A stretch of 63,657 nucleotides of DNA, the filler included, from Octopus bimaculoides (taxonomy: Eukaryota), in assembly GCF_001194135.2 (NCBI RefSeq). It is 6 parts of 5 records of this genome, joined end to end, with 100 filler letters (N's around TTAATTAATTAA, not from the genome) between each part and the next. Parts side by side here need not be neighbours in the genome. Positions count along the whole stretch, not along the records: positions 32,354 to 50,144 come from NC_068983.1; positions 50,245 to 55,274 come from NC_068981.1; 4 more parts are not named here. The stretch is one strand, 5' to 3'. The first letter of the stretch is position 1. Each line of letters begins with the position of its first letter. Positions 38,627-53,642 of this stretch are shown one piece after another. The notes under the pieces are model-generated. The model was given only the letters and a program-made list of their open reading frames with translations. It was not told the DNA's origin and did no database searches. A program made the translations under genes and the position numbers.

Positions 38627-40067
38627 AAAAATGACCCAAAACATAGGGTCAAGTTATAGGCCAAGTATAAAATACAAACCTCTATCATACTCTAGTAATC
38701 AAGTGGAATAGACTGCTTAACACTCGTTGAGCATCACTAACTGTAACCTCATGCAGTCCACCAAAACGTATTTCCTACTTAAACTCTTGTTTGGTAAACT
38801 CATTAAACTTACTTATGACAGAGATTATAATAACATAATAAAAATTCAATATAAACAAACGCTACACCATACGCTGTTTCCAGCAGCTGGTGCACCGTAA
38901 ATTACCAGAAAGAACACTAATCACACAAGGCCATCCACACTACAACGATATGGGTCTCGCCTGTACAATTTTATGTTAGCTCAGTAGAATAAGTTAACAT
39001 AACTGGAAGCCTTTATGGTAATGGATATCACAAAAATAATATTTATCTAGCATTTAGCTTGTGTGCAAGATTTGCATGTTTCGTGTGTGGTTAATGTAAT
39101 TCATGGCAGGTTTCAAAAGTATAAACAGTTCTTCAACAGTCACTGCGAACACATTATAAATAGGTTTCCTTAACGCTGCAGTTGGCCGATCGGCAAACTA
39201 AAACTGAATTATAAACGGAACTTCTGCTTGCCCCGGGTTTCATTTCACAATTCATCGAATTCCTTACGAGACAACGTGAGAACTTCTAAGCAGGGGTTCT
39301 TTACTCTGGGGTATGCATAGTCTCTAAATGTATGAATGCTTAACCAAAGCCCGTGGGGTATGTAAGTTGATCTCTTGTAACATCATTTTTTCTTGAGCCC
39401 AAGGAATGATGAGACTGATTACACGGTTTTTTTTTTCGACGCTCAAACAGTTTTCGATCACGGTATAAAGGCCTTTGACCATAGGAATGCTTAGTCAGAG
39501 CTAAACAACAACTTCCTTATCACGAGTCAATGAAAAGGCTTCTACGTAATAACACTATCTTCCAGAAATAGTAGCCAAATCACCCTCAGTTCAGTACATT
39601 GTTGTCTTAACAATAAGAGCACATATTGTATTTGTAGTTGGTCTTAGACATGCAATGACGAGATGGTCACAGTTGGAACCCTTTCCATCATGGATCTGCT
39701 GGATCAGATATGACCTGGAGTAATCAACTTAGTCATTTATGAAGTACAATTTCAAAAATAATAAAACAAAGAAATGGTCATTTAGCCCCAAATTATCCTT
39801 GATTTATCAGATCAACAGAATCAAAGGCTTTCCAATCGCGACCATTACATCAATTTGGATTTTTTTTTTTTGTGCATGTATGTGCGTGTGTGTAGATCTG
39901 AGATTAAATTTTCCAAATGTGTCACCACATTTTATGGCGTTATAGCGTGTGTTGGAAAATGTCTCAGTACATTTTATGGCGCTGTGGCGTGTGTTGGAGG
40001 AGATTTGCCGCTGCTGTTCTTAGAGGGAGTAGTCTGTTGTGGCTTTAGTAGTTATTAGCAGCTGTAA

Positions 40068-40495
40068 GACGACAAGCTGGCAAAATCGTTAGCACACCCG
40101 ACCAAAATACCGCTATTTCGTCTGTCTTTACATTCCCAGTCCAAAGTTGACTTTGCTTTTCATCCTTTCGGGGTTGGTGAAATAAGTACCAGTTGATAAC
40201 TAGCGTCGATGCAATCAATTTCTCCCCTCCCTCGAAACTACGGGGTTTGTGCCAAAATTTGAATACATTATTAGCAGCTGTAAAGGGAGCGAGAAGACAG
40301 AATCGTTACTGCGCCGGACAAAATGTTTGGCTGTATTTCTTCCGACTATACGTTCTGGATTCGAATTCCGCCGAGGTCGACTTTGTCTTTCATTCTTTTA
40401 GGGTAAATGAAATAAGTACCAGTTGTTCGCAGGTGTTGGTGTAATCAAGTCCCCCCTTCTCACAAAATTGCTGAGTTTGAATCAAAAATTAGAAA
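40068..40495 (+). mobile_element. Two tandem SINE family B copies
   Basis: Two successive heads (gctggcaaaatcgttagc and gacagaatcgttactgcg), each followed by gactttg..ttcat..aataagtaccagttg. Confidence 0.8.
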
Positions 40496-41660
40496 GAATT
40501 ATTAAGAGCTGTGGTTGTTGTTTTTGACTGAATCATCACAGAGAAAGCATATTGAATAATGACGTTCCAGTTGTGACCGACCCGCCTTTTTGTTACAGAC
40601 ATTGTATCTACAACTACATCATACATCAGAAATTTATACATGAGTAATAACATCACAATTAATGCTGCTCACTTTCTCCATGGCATAAACTGTTATTTAG
40701 ATTGCGTTGAATATTTTTCATAAGAATGTATGTCTGTCTGTCGAACCAGAGATACACATATATATGTATATGTAATATATACATGTGTGTTTTGAGTGTA
40801 CACAGAGAGAGGGAGAGCACTGAACAGCCCAACAACGGATGAAACTCTGGGAAAACTATCATACGAGAAACATATCTATTCACACTATCCAGCGTAGTGA
40901 GTTCTATATGCGATCATGTGTGTGTGCACTTGATAAAATATATTTTTACAACTCTTATATTATATATATATGTATGTGTATGTGTTTGTTTGTATATATG
41001 TAAGTAGGTATGCATGTGTATCTATTACTCTTAGATTGCATGTATATATGTATATATATATATATATTGTGTGTGTGTGTGTGTGTATGAAGAGAAAGAG
41101 AAAAAGTTACTGTGGCTGTTAAAACAGCAGCTGCGGTGAAGCGATTGTTCACTCTAGTATGAGGTCATTCTGACCACCAGCGTCTGTTTGTCTCACGCAA
41201 GTATGTGTATGTGTTGGTGAGTGTTAAGAACCCACTTAGACCCTGAAATTCCAGCAGTGACTTAGCTTTACTAAACACTGTAAATACGGTTTCCTGATTA
41301 TAAAGGCATTAAAAGCATGACGGAATTGTCAAGAACAGAGGGTGGGGGATGTGTAGCCTTTGACAGTCACCTCCTCTCCAGCCGTCAATATGATATCATT
41401 AAAGTTTCGGTAATAGCGTTTACGTGTGTGTGTGTGTGTGTGTGAATGAGTATATGTGTATGTACATGTATGCATGCAAACGCCAATTCAAAAATGAAGT
41501 GCAAAGAATTCATTCGCTCAGCGAAACACGAGTAAACTGTAACTTTTTAATATACTAAACTCGTCCTTCTACTCTACTCTTCTGTTCTATATATCAGATA
41601 ATGTTCACAAGCCCTGTATAAGAGACATTCGCAAACGTTTTGCAAGCCTTGCATTGAGAT

Positions 41661-42052
41661 ACTCATTTACTTGTTTCAGTCATTTGACTGCGGCCATGCT
41701 GGAGCACCGCCTTTTAGTCGAGCAAATCGACACAAGGACTTATTCTTTGTAAACCTAGTACTTATTCTGTGGATCTCTTTTGCCGAACCGCTAAGTTACG
41801 GGGACGTAAACACACCAGCATCGGTTGTCAAGCGATGGTGGGGGTACAAACATAGACACACAAACACACATATATATACATATACATATATACGACGGGC
41901 TTCTTTCAGTTTCCGTCTACCAAATCTACTCACAAGGCTTTGGTCGGCCCGAGGCTATAGTAGAAGACACTTGCCCAAGGTACCACGCAGTGGGACTGAA
42001 CCCAGAACCATGAGGTTGGTAAGCAAGCTACTTACCACACAGCCACTCCTGC
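41661..42052 (-). mobile_element. tRNA-derived SINE, family A
   Basis: Full-length, with CpG sites intact. Confidence 0.92.
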
Positions 42053-43301
42053 ATGTATCTTTAATTTATCTTCTTTCATTCGTTTCACTCATTAGACTGC
42101 AGACATGCTGTTGTACCACTTGGAAAGGTTTAGGCCGGCAAGTCGACTTACTGTTTTTTTTTTTTGTTTTTTTTAACGCTGGTACTTATTCTATTGTTCT
42201 CCATGCCGAACCACTAAATAAGGGGACATATCCAAACGAAAAACGGTGGTCAAGAGGTGGAGGTGGGGGGGATGAATACAAAGCAAAGACACACACACAC
42301 ACACACACACACATTAGTAGTGCAATATATGGATTTATAGAATCATGTGGCTATTACAGAAAGCTCCTCTAGTGGAACCGGCTAGCATACCACATAGTAA
42401 ACCAATGCAGAGGAGTATAATGCAGAGTTCTATGCAGCTGAAGTCCAGGAGATCCAATTGATGAAATTATTTCATGAGTATGTACATATATATATATATA
42501 TATATATATANNNNNNNNNNNNNNNNNNNNNNNNNNNNNNNNNNNNNNNNNNNNNNNNNNNNNNNNNNNNNNNNNNNNNNNNNNNNNNNNNNNNNNNNNN
42601 NNNNNNNNTATATATGAGAGTTTGTATGCGTGTCGATTTTGGGTATCAAACCAGTTTCAAGATAATTTTTAGCAGTCCTCCTAAGCTTCTTCATCACTAT
42701 GAGTATCAACGTCGCACAACTTTTTTACTGCGTTAGTCAGTATATATCCTACACCCTGTAGCGTTTACACAGTTAAAAAATATGTGGCAATGTCAAACTA
42801 ATTTATATCTTGCTACATACATCCTTCAGCAAATATTTTAAATCAACGTTGCAACAACAGCATCTTCCTTTCTATACACTTGATTCAGCGTTCGTTTCAA
42901 AATTGTAAAACAAATTATTTTTGTCTGAAAAACTGAATTATGCCTTCCGAATTTTTTTGTACTTTCACTTTCCTTATCGTGATATTCGATCGTGAATTTT
43001 ATAGCATTTAGTACATGTTCCGAATAAATGTCGACTTTCTCTACTTTGTTACATTGGTGACGCTTAGTAACGTTTGCTAAATTGGTGACTTTCCATTTTT
43101 TCATAGCATAACTATGCTACAGAAAGTATGTTTTGGACCTATATTGACTACATTTCGTTTCGTTTGAACTTCGTATGTGTACATTTTGCTGTTTTCAATT
43201 TTATCAATTCTTTGAGTGTATGTGTGTGAGTGTGTTTGTTTCTGCGTTCGTTACGTCTATAGTAAATTATAGTAAAGAACATTTTACGCTGTTTTAATGA
43301 G

Positions 43302-43540
43302 CCCACATCTAATGAAGTAGCCATCCTTATGGTTGGTGATCCCCATGAAAATCATAATATTCTCATTCGTGTTCGAGATAACAACCTTAAACGTGTTTCA
43401 CAGACTCTTCTTTCTTATGCTCTCCAGTATACTCTTATTCTGTGGAATGGACGAGATGGGTGTCATTTCAATATTCCATGAATTGAACCTGCAACAGGAT
43501 AGCCAATTACAAACAAAAAGGTGTCGTCAAATGACTTCAA
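43302..43540 (+). mobile_element. Helitron RepHel N-terminal-region fragment
   Basis: PTSNEVAILMVGDPHENHNILIRVRDNNLKRVSQTLLSYALQYTLILWNGRDGCHFNIP*IEPATG*PITNKKVS resembles the conserved EVA..RDI..YDALQYP..G..GY region of Helitrons; two in-frame stops. Confidence 0.72.
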
Positions 43541-44166
43541 TTCTTACCAACTGATGTTAACACCAAAACAATCAAATCAATTACACTTGTCAAATAAACT
43601 TTATTTACATTTACATATTTTCTACGTTATCTCGACAACCAGCTATAGTTATTTGAAAGACACTGCTCTACAACGACCAGGTTTCATTAGAAAGTGAAAA
43701 TAGTTTCATACTTTCAATTTCAACGAAAATTACTAAGTATTGCATTACGAGAGTGACGATGTTTCGATAATGAAAGTAATGTTTCTCCGAATTAGTCACA
43801 TCTGTATTATAATAAAGAAAGCTGCTTATTATCTGTCTACCAAATAAACTATGTTTCTGGTTCAACAACTCTTTTTTTACAACAAAAATAACCTCGATAA
43901 CTACGTTGGGTCTCACAATTTTGAGATCATATTCGGACAATATTTCGATTTGTTTCCAATGGTTCACTTTCGTCCGGTGTTTCACGCATGCGTAGAATTT
44001 TACTCAGACAAACATTTATGAAAATGTACACATAAATATTGTATTAAAATAAGCCACAACCCAAAAAATTGTATTAAGGGACATCCATTTTTCTATATGT
44101 TATGAGGAAATACAGACAGACACACACACACACACGCAAACACACTCTTTCTCTCTATCTATCTCT

Positions 44167-44227
<61 letters not shown>

Positions 44228-44541
44228 NNNNNNNNNNNNNNNNNNNNNNNNNNNNNNNNNNNNNNNNNNNNNNNNNNNNNNNNNNNNNNNNNNNNNNNNN
44301 NNNNNNNNNNNNNNNNNNNNNNNNNNNNNNNNNNNNNNNNNNNNNNNNNNNNNNNNNNNNNNNNNNNNNNNNNNNNNNNNNNNNNNNNNNNNNNNNNNNN
44401 NNNNNNNNNNNNNNNNNNNNNNNNNNNNTTATGGGCGAAGGTAAAGAATACGCACTCTCGGTGTTTAGGATTAAGGTTACGCCGAAAACGGGTGGTGTGC
44501 GTATTCTTTACCTCCGCTATTTACGTGTGTATGAAAGATAA

Positions 44542-44589
<48 letters not shown>

Positions 44590-45649
44590 TGAGTGAGTGC
44601 CACTTACATATACATGCAAAATTCATACATCATAACACACACCTTCACTCATTCACTCTCTTTCTCTCTCTTTCTCTTTCCTTCTCTCTCACACGTCCAT
44701 TTTATATACACGTACTTCTAACACTTTCTCCTTTCTTTTACTCTCTCTTCTCACTTCAAAGCAAATGTCGCATTTTCACTTTATCCTCTCTTTCAATTTC
44801 TGCTCTCTTCAAAGCATACAGAAATTAAAACAATTTTACGGAAATTAAAGAACAATCATATGATCCCATACCTGTCGAGTTGACAACTTCACTTCTTCAA
44901 ACGAAAGAATGCTATAAAATAACTTCCTTTGACACATATATACACACTCTAAATAAAACTTCTTTGCGATATATGTTATTTCTTGCAGTGTGCACGCGCA
45001 AATTTACAGCTCAAATCGAACTGAAATTATTTTTTTCTATTGTGTAATATGTGTTTATGATGAGCGTATTTAAAAACCTGATCTTCGATATGAACTTAAA
45101 AGGAAGTCTTCCGAAAAATCCTCTCCTTTATCTCTTCTTTCTAGCATGTCCGAGGGGACATTTCCTTCCCCTCATCCTCCGCTTATTTTCTTCCTAAATT
45201 TCGCTTGCGAACGATGTTGGTTTGTTTACGTAAATTAGCGGTTCAGCAAAAAAGAGACGATAGAAAAAGTACCAGGCTTAAAAGAATATTTTTTGAGATC
45301 GATGTATTTTTAGTCACTTTCTAAAAATTTGTTATTTTACTTAACTACTCTACTTCTTTTCCTATCCTTTTCTTGTCTTTTATTTCCATTAAGGATAGTC
45401 AACTCCCTAAACTTAGATCCAGCATCTTAATTGATATGATACAAAATATATTTATTATTTATATTTATTTTTAATGATTATACCAAACTAATTTTATCTA
45501 GTATTGGTCTTGCATATATTGTATATATGCAGGGAAAATTTTGCATGTATATGAATGGTTAAAGAATCGTTGTAACCAGGATATTCTGGTGGCCCGGTAC
45601 GCTCGCCTTCTTTATCTACATTGATTTGTAAATATAAAATGGTATTCTA

Positions 45650-46208
45650 TCAGGTCATCCCATAAGTTCTCTCCGATTTTACCTTTTTTTAAAATTGACT
45701 AAAATTTAATAGTGTCTTAGAATGTCTAATGGAATTTGAAATTATTTTTATGCATTTGTGTACATTTAAACTAATTAAATATTATTTTACAGAATAATAG
45801 AATTAAAATTTCTTTGATTAAAACCCTTTCTAACATGGAAGTATTCAAAGAGCATTTGAGGTACATAATGCTTTATGAGTATAAAAAAGGAAACTCTGCA
45901 GCCGAAGCGACTCGAAACATACACTCAGTGTATGGAAAAGAATGCTTGAATGAAAGAACTTGCAAAATTCAGAAGTGAAGATTTCAACCTTCAAGATGAA
46001 GTTCGAACAGGACGTCCATTTGAGTTTGATGATGAGCTCCTTGACGCATTACTTGAAGAAAATCCTGCATTATCAGTTGAACAATTGGCAATAAAGCTTA
46101 GATCAAACTATACAGCTGTTCATCGTCATCTTGAACAACTTGGAAAGGTTCTTAAACTTGGAAAATGGGTGCCTCATGAATTATCCGAAAGCAACCACAA
46201 ATCCCGTA
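45650..46208 (+). mobile_element. mariner (DD34D-type) 5' half with left TIR
   Basis: TA plus TCAGGTCATCCCATAAGTTCTCTCCG; MEVFKEHLRYIMLYEYKKGNSAAEATRNIHSVYG..RTGRP..LGKWVPHEL. Ends at a SINE fragment. Confidence 0.88.
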
Positions 46209-47334
46209 ACGGCCGACTAAATACAGCTAAGCATTTCGCCCGGTGTGCTAACGTTTCTGCCAGCTCGCCGCCGTATATTTGCTATTTCTAGCGACTCGGG
46301 TGACCACGTAGGGACTCACGTGAGTTCTGTATATATATTATGTAGAACACAGTTATTAGAGGTTTGACAACTGTTTGCCCTCGTGAAACGGAATCAAATC
46401 AAATGTACAACATAAAGAATATATGACAGCATCATGCATATATTTATTTATTCATTTTGTTGAATGTAGATTCTTCGTATCTGAAGAGAACNNNNNNNNN
46501 NNNNNNNNNNNNNNNNNNNNNNNNNNNNNNNNNNNNNNNNNNNNNNNNNNNNNNNNNNNNNNNNNNNNNNNNNNNNNNNNNNNNNNNNNNNNNNNNNNNN
46601 NNNNNNNNNNNNNNNNNNNNNNNNNNNNNNNNNNNNNNNNNNNNNNNNNNNNNNNNNNNNNNNNNNNNNNNNNNNNNNNNNNNNNNNNNNNNNNNNNNNN
46701 NNNNNNNNNNNNNNNNNNNNNNNNNNNNNNNNNNNNNNNNNNNNNNNNNNNNNNNNNNNNNNNNNNNNNNNNNNNNNNNNNNNNNNNNNNNNNNNNNNNN
46801 NNNNNNNNNNNNNNNNNNNNNNNNNNNNNNNNNNNNNNNNNNNNNNNNNNNNNNNNNNNNNNNNNNNNNNNNNNNNNNNNNNNNNNNNNNNNNNNNNNNN
46901 NNNNNNNNNNNNNNNNNNNNNNNNNNNNNNNNNNNNNNNNNNNNNNNNNNNNNNNNNNNNNNNNNNNNNNNNNNNNNNNNNNNNNNNNNNNNNNNNNNNN
47001 NNNNNNNNNNNNNNNNATCTATGGTCAATAGTAATGCTTATTTATTCACATTCTTTTGAATTGATCATGCATTGTCTTGTAGCTTCGAAAATTCGATGAT
47101 GTGACTGTTCATTTTTCGAATGACATTGTCGAGTAGGTCTGAGAGGCCGGATCTGGCCATTTTGAACATAAAACAAGTAGAATACTTGTGACAGATATGA
47201 CCAGTTTGTTAAAGGCGTAAGACGGCAAGACGTGATCTGAAGTAGATTTAGCTGCTGGTTTTAACTGGTCTTTACTATAGACGCCGGTCGATCGTTTCTG
47301 CGTATTTTTTTTTTTTTTTGATTGATATCTCACC

Positions 47335-48090
47335 AAATATAAGTGGACAAATTTAAGTGTCTCGGGTCCGTATTAACGAGTGATGAGAAGCAGAAGGTTA
47401 AATTGAATGCTTGAATCGCAGATGCTGGCACAATAAGGTGACAGCTCCAAGATTCAATCCTCAGAAGAGGAGAGTTTGGTAAAAAACCAAACTTGCTACC
47501 TTAAATTCGGTTTTCGTGTCTATTCCTCACCGTTGGTCATGAAAGTTGCCTAATGACTGAAAGAGTACGATCGCGAATATAAGAGGCAGAAATGGGTTTA
47601 CACTGAAGGGTATCTGGAGTAATGTTAGGGCAGGGGTTCAGGAAATATCTCTAGGTTGAGCTGCGATTTCTCTGCATTGAGATTTCGTAGCTCCGAAGGG
47701 TGTCTGGAGTAATGTTAGGGCAGAGGATCAGGAAATATCTCTAGGTTGAGCTGCGATTCTGCGATTTCTCTGCATTGAGATTTCGTAGCTCCGAAGGGTG
47801 TCTGGAGTAACGCTACGACAGGGGATCAGGGAATCTCTCTAGGTTGAGCCGCTATTTCTCTGAAATGAGAGCTCGTAACACCAGCACTACGGACGTGGTT
47901 AGAATGTTGCAGGAAAGAATCGCAAAACGGATTTTTGAAGCCGGGCCAACCGAAATGAGATTTAGGGGTACACCAAGAACGAGACAGTTGGATAGTATCC
48001 ATAGTTTCAGTTGGGCGCACTTGGAAATCCAGGCGGATAATCAAATAATGTGTGCTTCTGATAGGAACCTATGGAGGAATGTAATCCCCA
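47335..48090 (+). mobile_element. RTE-clade LINE 3' fragment containing a 90-bp triplication
   Basis: VDKFKCLGSVLTSD..; GHES..MTERVRSR; RGTPRTRQLD..ASDRNLWR. Tandem copies start at 47603, 47693 and 47791. Confidence 0.75.
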
Positions 48091-48342
48091 TGACCGTCCA
48101 GAAATAGTGGGCAGAGAAGATGGAATGATGAATGACATGCAAAATACACACACGGTAAGGATTCACGTGTGTATTATGGTGAGCCTTCAATTAACTATAA
48201 TTATCAAGGCAATTACTAGACAAAAGCTTCCGTTCCACGTGTTTGAAACTAAAAATAGCAAGCAAGACAAATGATTCCAGTAAAGTTAATAGCGTATGCA
48301 CACACACATACAAATACACACGCACAAACTCACATACACGTT

Positions 48343-48428
<86 letters not shown>

Positions 48429-48618
48429 AACGTTTGAAAAAAGGAAACGATATAGAGATGTGGTTGGTTCTGGTCAACAGAACCAACAAAACAACATACA
48501 ACTCACCAAGTGGGGATAATCGAAATTCTCCACCTCCCTTTTTTCTTATACATATATAAATATGTGTATATATATATATGTGTGTGTATATATATGTATA
48601 TCTATATATGTGTACATG

Positions 48619-48705
<87 letters not shown>

Positions 48706-49948
48706 CTATATAACTAATTTAGAGACGAACCACCACTCTACAACTCAGTCAACTAAGAACCCGTCCAAATCCATGCTGTGAGGCATATACCATATTAATA
48801 TTTATTTAAGATTTTAATCTAAAATTTTAAATTTTAAATTTAAATAATATATCATATAAAGAAACATTCATCATAAAAATATTAATTTTAAAAAATTTTT
48901 AAATCAAAATTATAAATTGGACAGTAAAAATCAATACAATAATATAAAGTATGAAAGTATAAATGTATAAAAGTCAGTGCTAGTACATAGACTACGCGCT
49001 TTTCGTGGCTGAAATAGGACTGTATAAAATCATAAGCAAATTCTATCCAAGTTTATTAGAACGGGGAAATGATGTTGTTATATGCCCGTCAGGTTAGGGA
49101 ATGAACATATTAGACACATTCCTGGGGCTAGGATGTAAACATTAAAGATTTGTAGGTACGTGGTACTTCATTATGCAAACACAATATACTATAAGGTATA
49201 CATAAGTGAGTACCACGTTGTGTTGCGTCAGCAGCGCTCTTACATTATTTTATTATGGTTTTTTTCTACAGATATTCCTATAGAACTTGTAGCCAGCACT
49301 CATTTTAGCTACAACGTTTCGTATCGAGATGTCAGATCTAAACAGATAATGTGATCAAAAACAAAAGTGGTTGATGAGTGTATATGCCATATTTCGGAGG
49401 TTGTCCCTTCTACAGCACTCATCTAATACGTCTCGTATGTAAATTGGTATATTCAATAGATTAACACCGCTGTATGCGGTGGGTATATAAGCAATGTGTT
49501 TGAAAGCAACAGTGGGTTATCTACATGTCTCCACTTGAGAATTTCTGAAGAAAATGGTAGCAACATTAACAACAACATGAATATGATAATTCCTTGAAAG
49601 ACATCTGTCACGCCTATGGCATGTTGCAGTGTCTTGCCTTGATATTACATAGACACACATCTTTCTAGTTAAATACTTGAAAAGGAATTTTCGTATATGC
49701 GTACGTGCAAGCGATGTATGTAAGTGGAATACTGGAATAAGCTGATGTGCTTCAAGAGGACCACTAACGTAGCTAGAGTGTGTACCACCCGAGGAGGCTC
49801 TTCCGTTTACTGCCCCCCGGACCCCACAAAAAACACATATTGCCTACAGCAATAGCCTACAAAAGGATGAAAAGTGCCGCCCGGGGCGGACCCCACCCTC
49901 AGCTATGCTAGTGAAGAGGACACAGCTTGGTATAACTTTATCTACATA

Positions 49949-49999
<51 letters not shown>

Positions 50000-50244
50000 T
50001 GTGAGTGTGAGAGAGAGAGAGAGAGAGAGAGAGAAAGGCGCGTGACTTAGTGGTTACGGTATTCGTCTCACGATCGTAAGGTTGTGAGTTCGATTTCCAA
50101 CGGCACATGCTGTCCTTCAGCAAGACACTTTATTATTTCCCGTTNNNNNNNNNNNNNNNNNNNNNNNNNNNNNNNNNNNNNNNNNNNNTTAATTAATTAA
50201 NNNNNNNNNNNNNNNNNNNNNNNNNNNNNNNNNNNNNNNNNNNN

Positions 50245-50276
<32 letters not shown>

Positions 50277-50833
50277 CACACACACACATACATATATAAG
50301 AGACAAGTGTTTAAGGAAATAAGTGTTTATATGTCTTAGTTGTGTGTATGTGTTTATATTGCTATGAATTAATGATTATTCAAAGTGTAATCGAAGAAAT
50401 TCCAGCAATTTGTGTGCCTAAATTTCAGTCCATTACGCAGATTTAAACGACAATTATAAGTTCTCCGTCGCAAAGAAAGAAACTGTCACAAAATTCTTTA
50501 AGATCATTGAGCAGAAAACATTCGCGATATAATTATATTTAGTTTCTGCTACAATAGATATCTATTTGAAGTTAAAAAATATAATTCTTCCTATTATCTG
50601 CTTTTTAATTAGGAAATAATTCACGTAGAATTAAGTTGATGTTGGTGTTGTTTTTTTATAAATTAATTTATCCAGTCACGTGGCGCTTTGTATTGGCTAA
50701 GAAATTAGTAAAAATAAAGGGTTTTTTTTCCCCACGCTATATCGTTGAGTTTTTATTTCTGTTCCTTCATTTCAAGAACTTTCTGCATATCTGTTTTTTA
50801 CACTTTAATCCGATCCTCTTAAATGCATAAATA

Positions 50834-51450
50834 CGAGGGTGAGTCAAAAAGTAATGCCATTTTGTTTAGGACAGGTATAATTACCAACACAGGAACACGT
50901 ATCATACATCAAAATGAAGCTGGTCCTCTGTGGATCACATCCCTACTTCTCAACATAGTCACCGTTTCTCTCAATTGCAATGTTCCACCTTCGAATGAGA
51001 GCATGTATCCCTGCCCCGTAAAATTCTGTTGACTGTTCTTTGAGCCACTTCTTCACTACAGTTTTCACTTCCTCGTCACTGGAATAATGTTTGCCTCTCA
51101 AACCCTCTTTCGTGGCGCCAAAGAGATGATAGTCCAGTGATGACGATAGTCCAGTTACATGGAAGTGAAAACTGTAGCGAAGAAGTGGCTCAAAGGACAG
51201 TCAACAGAATTTTACGGGGCAGGCATACATGCTCTCATTCGAAGGTGGAACATTGCTATTGAGAGAAATGGTGAGTATGTTGAGAAGTAAGGGATGTGAT
51301 TCACAGAGGACCAGCTTCATTTTGATGTATGATACATGTTCCTGTGTTGGTAATTATGTATGAAACATGTTCCTGTGTTGGTAATTATGTATGAAACATG
51401 TTCTTGTGTTGGTCTTAAACAAAATGGCATTACTTTTTGACTCACCCTCA
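50834..51450 (+). mobile_element. Complete non-autonomous mariner-derived element with long (~120 bp) TIRs
   Basis: TA-flanked ends CGAGGGTGAGTCAAAAAGTAATGCC and GGCATTACTTTTTGACTCACCCTCA. Residual C-terminus KWLKGQSTEFYGAGIHALIRRWNIAIERNGEYVEK*. A 31-bp unit is repeated about three times at 51330-51410. Confidence 0.9.
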
Positions 51451-51799
51451 TACATACATACACACACACAAACCCACACAGACACACAGACACACACACA
51501 TAACGTAAAGGAATACGGATTAGGAATGCGGGTAGGTACCTTCTTAACACTCTGATAAATCCAAATCTGGTTAACCACATCAAATGAAAGGGAACCTACA
51601 GAATTGCTTAACATTAAATATTACACGGTACTTCACTCAATAAATAAGTCCGGAGTTCGCTTCATCGCATTTCAAATAGCGTACAGAGTACTTAATCAAG
51701 ATTATCATAAAGATGGAAAATTATACATCTTAAAATTTATAATAATCAAATGTTCATTATATATAATTCTCAATCATACCTTCTAATGTCTTGTGCAAG

Positions 51800-51905
<106 letters not shown>

Positions 51906-53087
51906 TGTGTATGTGTGTGTGTGTATGTATGCATGTATGTATGTATGTATGTATGTATGTATGAATGGATGTATGTATGTATGTATGGAAAACTAAAGGT
52001 TAGCAGCTTCATGAATTCAGCCAAATGAGAGTTTATACTATTTAGCGATTTCCTCTGTTCTTCTATCACCACGTAGCATTCGAATGACTACAAACAAGAG
52101 TATGTTGTGACTAATTACTTAAGTACCACGTATACAAACAATTAACAGTGTTATGGCGATCAGTAAGACATAGTTTCCCCTTTTATTTTCTCAGTATATC
52201 AACAATTTCAAAGTCACCGTCTGCCGGCGTATTTTGTTGTAAGGTAGATGTTTTGAGTGACATTTGAAGTTACGATGTTTTCAATCTTGGTAAGTTTGAC
52301 CATTCCATTACAAACAGAAGAGAAAACAAACTGTACATTTCCTTTAGGTATAAAGGATAGAAATACTTAATTCTCTCCCGATAAGACAAAGCTTATCTTC
52401 TATGAATTTCAAAGGATTAAGTATATCGTAAAACTTGAGTCGCGAGATAAACATTCAGTTTTCCCCTCTCCCCAATCTCTCTCTTTNNNNNNNNNNNNNN
52501 NNNNNNNNNNNNNNNNNNNNNNNNNNNNNNNNNNNNNNNNNNNNNNNNNNNNNNNNNNNNNNNNNNNNNNNNNNNNNNNNNNNNNNNNNNNNNNNNNNNN
52601 NNNNNNNNNNNNNNNNNNNNNNNNNNNNNNNNNNNNNNNNNNNNNNNNNNNNNNNNNNNNNNNNNNNNNNNNNNNNNNNNNNNNNNNNNNNNNNNNNNNN
52701 NNNNNNNNNNNNNNNNNNNNNNNNNNNNNNNNNNNNNNNNNNNNNNNNNNNNNNNNNNNNNNNNNNNNNNNNNNNNNNNNNNNNNNNNNNNNNNNNNNNN
52801 NNNNNNNNNNNNNNNNNNNNNNNNNNNNNNNNNNNNNNNNNNNNNNNNNNNNNNNNNNNNNNNNNNNNNNNNNNNNNNNNNNNNNNNNNNNNNNNNNNNN
52901 NNNNNNNNNNNNNNNNNNNNNNNNNNNNNNNNNNNNNNNNNNNNNNNNNNNNNNNNNNNNNNNNNNNNNNNNNNNNNNNNNNNNNNNNNNNNNNNNNNNN
53001 NNNNNNNNNNNNNNNNNNNNNNNNNNNNNNNNNNNNNNNNNNNNNNNNNNNNNNNNNNNNNNNNNNNNNNNNNNNNNNTATATATAC

Positions 53088-53118
<31 letters not shown>

Positions 53119-53404
53119 CATACATACATACATATATATAAGCATATATATTCTTGTGTGTATGTATGTTTGCCTGGTCCAACATAAATGTCGCTAAAAA
53201 CAATAGCTCGTACACTATGGACTAATGTGACTTTACACTAAAAAAATGCGGCCAAAAATCGCCTCCCTGTAATCGAACCTTGCGTCTGCCTTAGATTGGA
53301 TTGCTGTGTTACCACTTCACAATGCAGACATACACATACTTAAGCACATGCTTATACTCATCTCGTGCAATATCTGTCGTCAAAACAACACGCGTAGAAT
53401 ATGT

Positions 53405-53642
53405 TGTCTCTTACAACCCCTTTTTAGAATAGTTTCGAATTTTTCCCCAAGGGAAGCCATTTTGAGGGCGATCATGTGTCAATTACATCGACACCAGAAC
53501 GAAAATGGTACATAATTCATCGTCCCCGAAAGGATGAAAGGCAAAGTCGACCTCGGCGGAATTTGAACTCAGAACGTAGCGACGAGCGAAATACCGCTAA
53601 GCATTTAGCCCGGGGCGCTAACGAGTCTGCCAGCTCGTCGAG
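53405..53642 (-). mobile_element. SINE family B (CpG intact)
   Basis: Collinear with the other family B copies. Confidence 0.88.

Noticed and set aside
44872-44911. 40-nt candidate exon on the minus strand (ttattttatag| ... CAG|gtatgg)
   Set aside because: The splice-like sites are good, but only one frame is open (ILSFEEVKLSTRQ), with no homology or phase link. It could at most be a 5' UTR exon.
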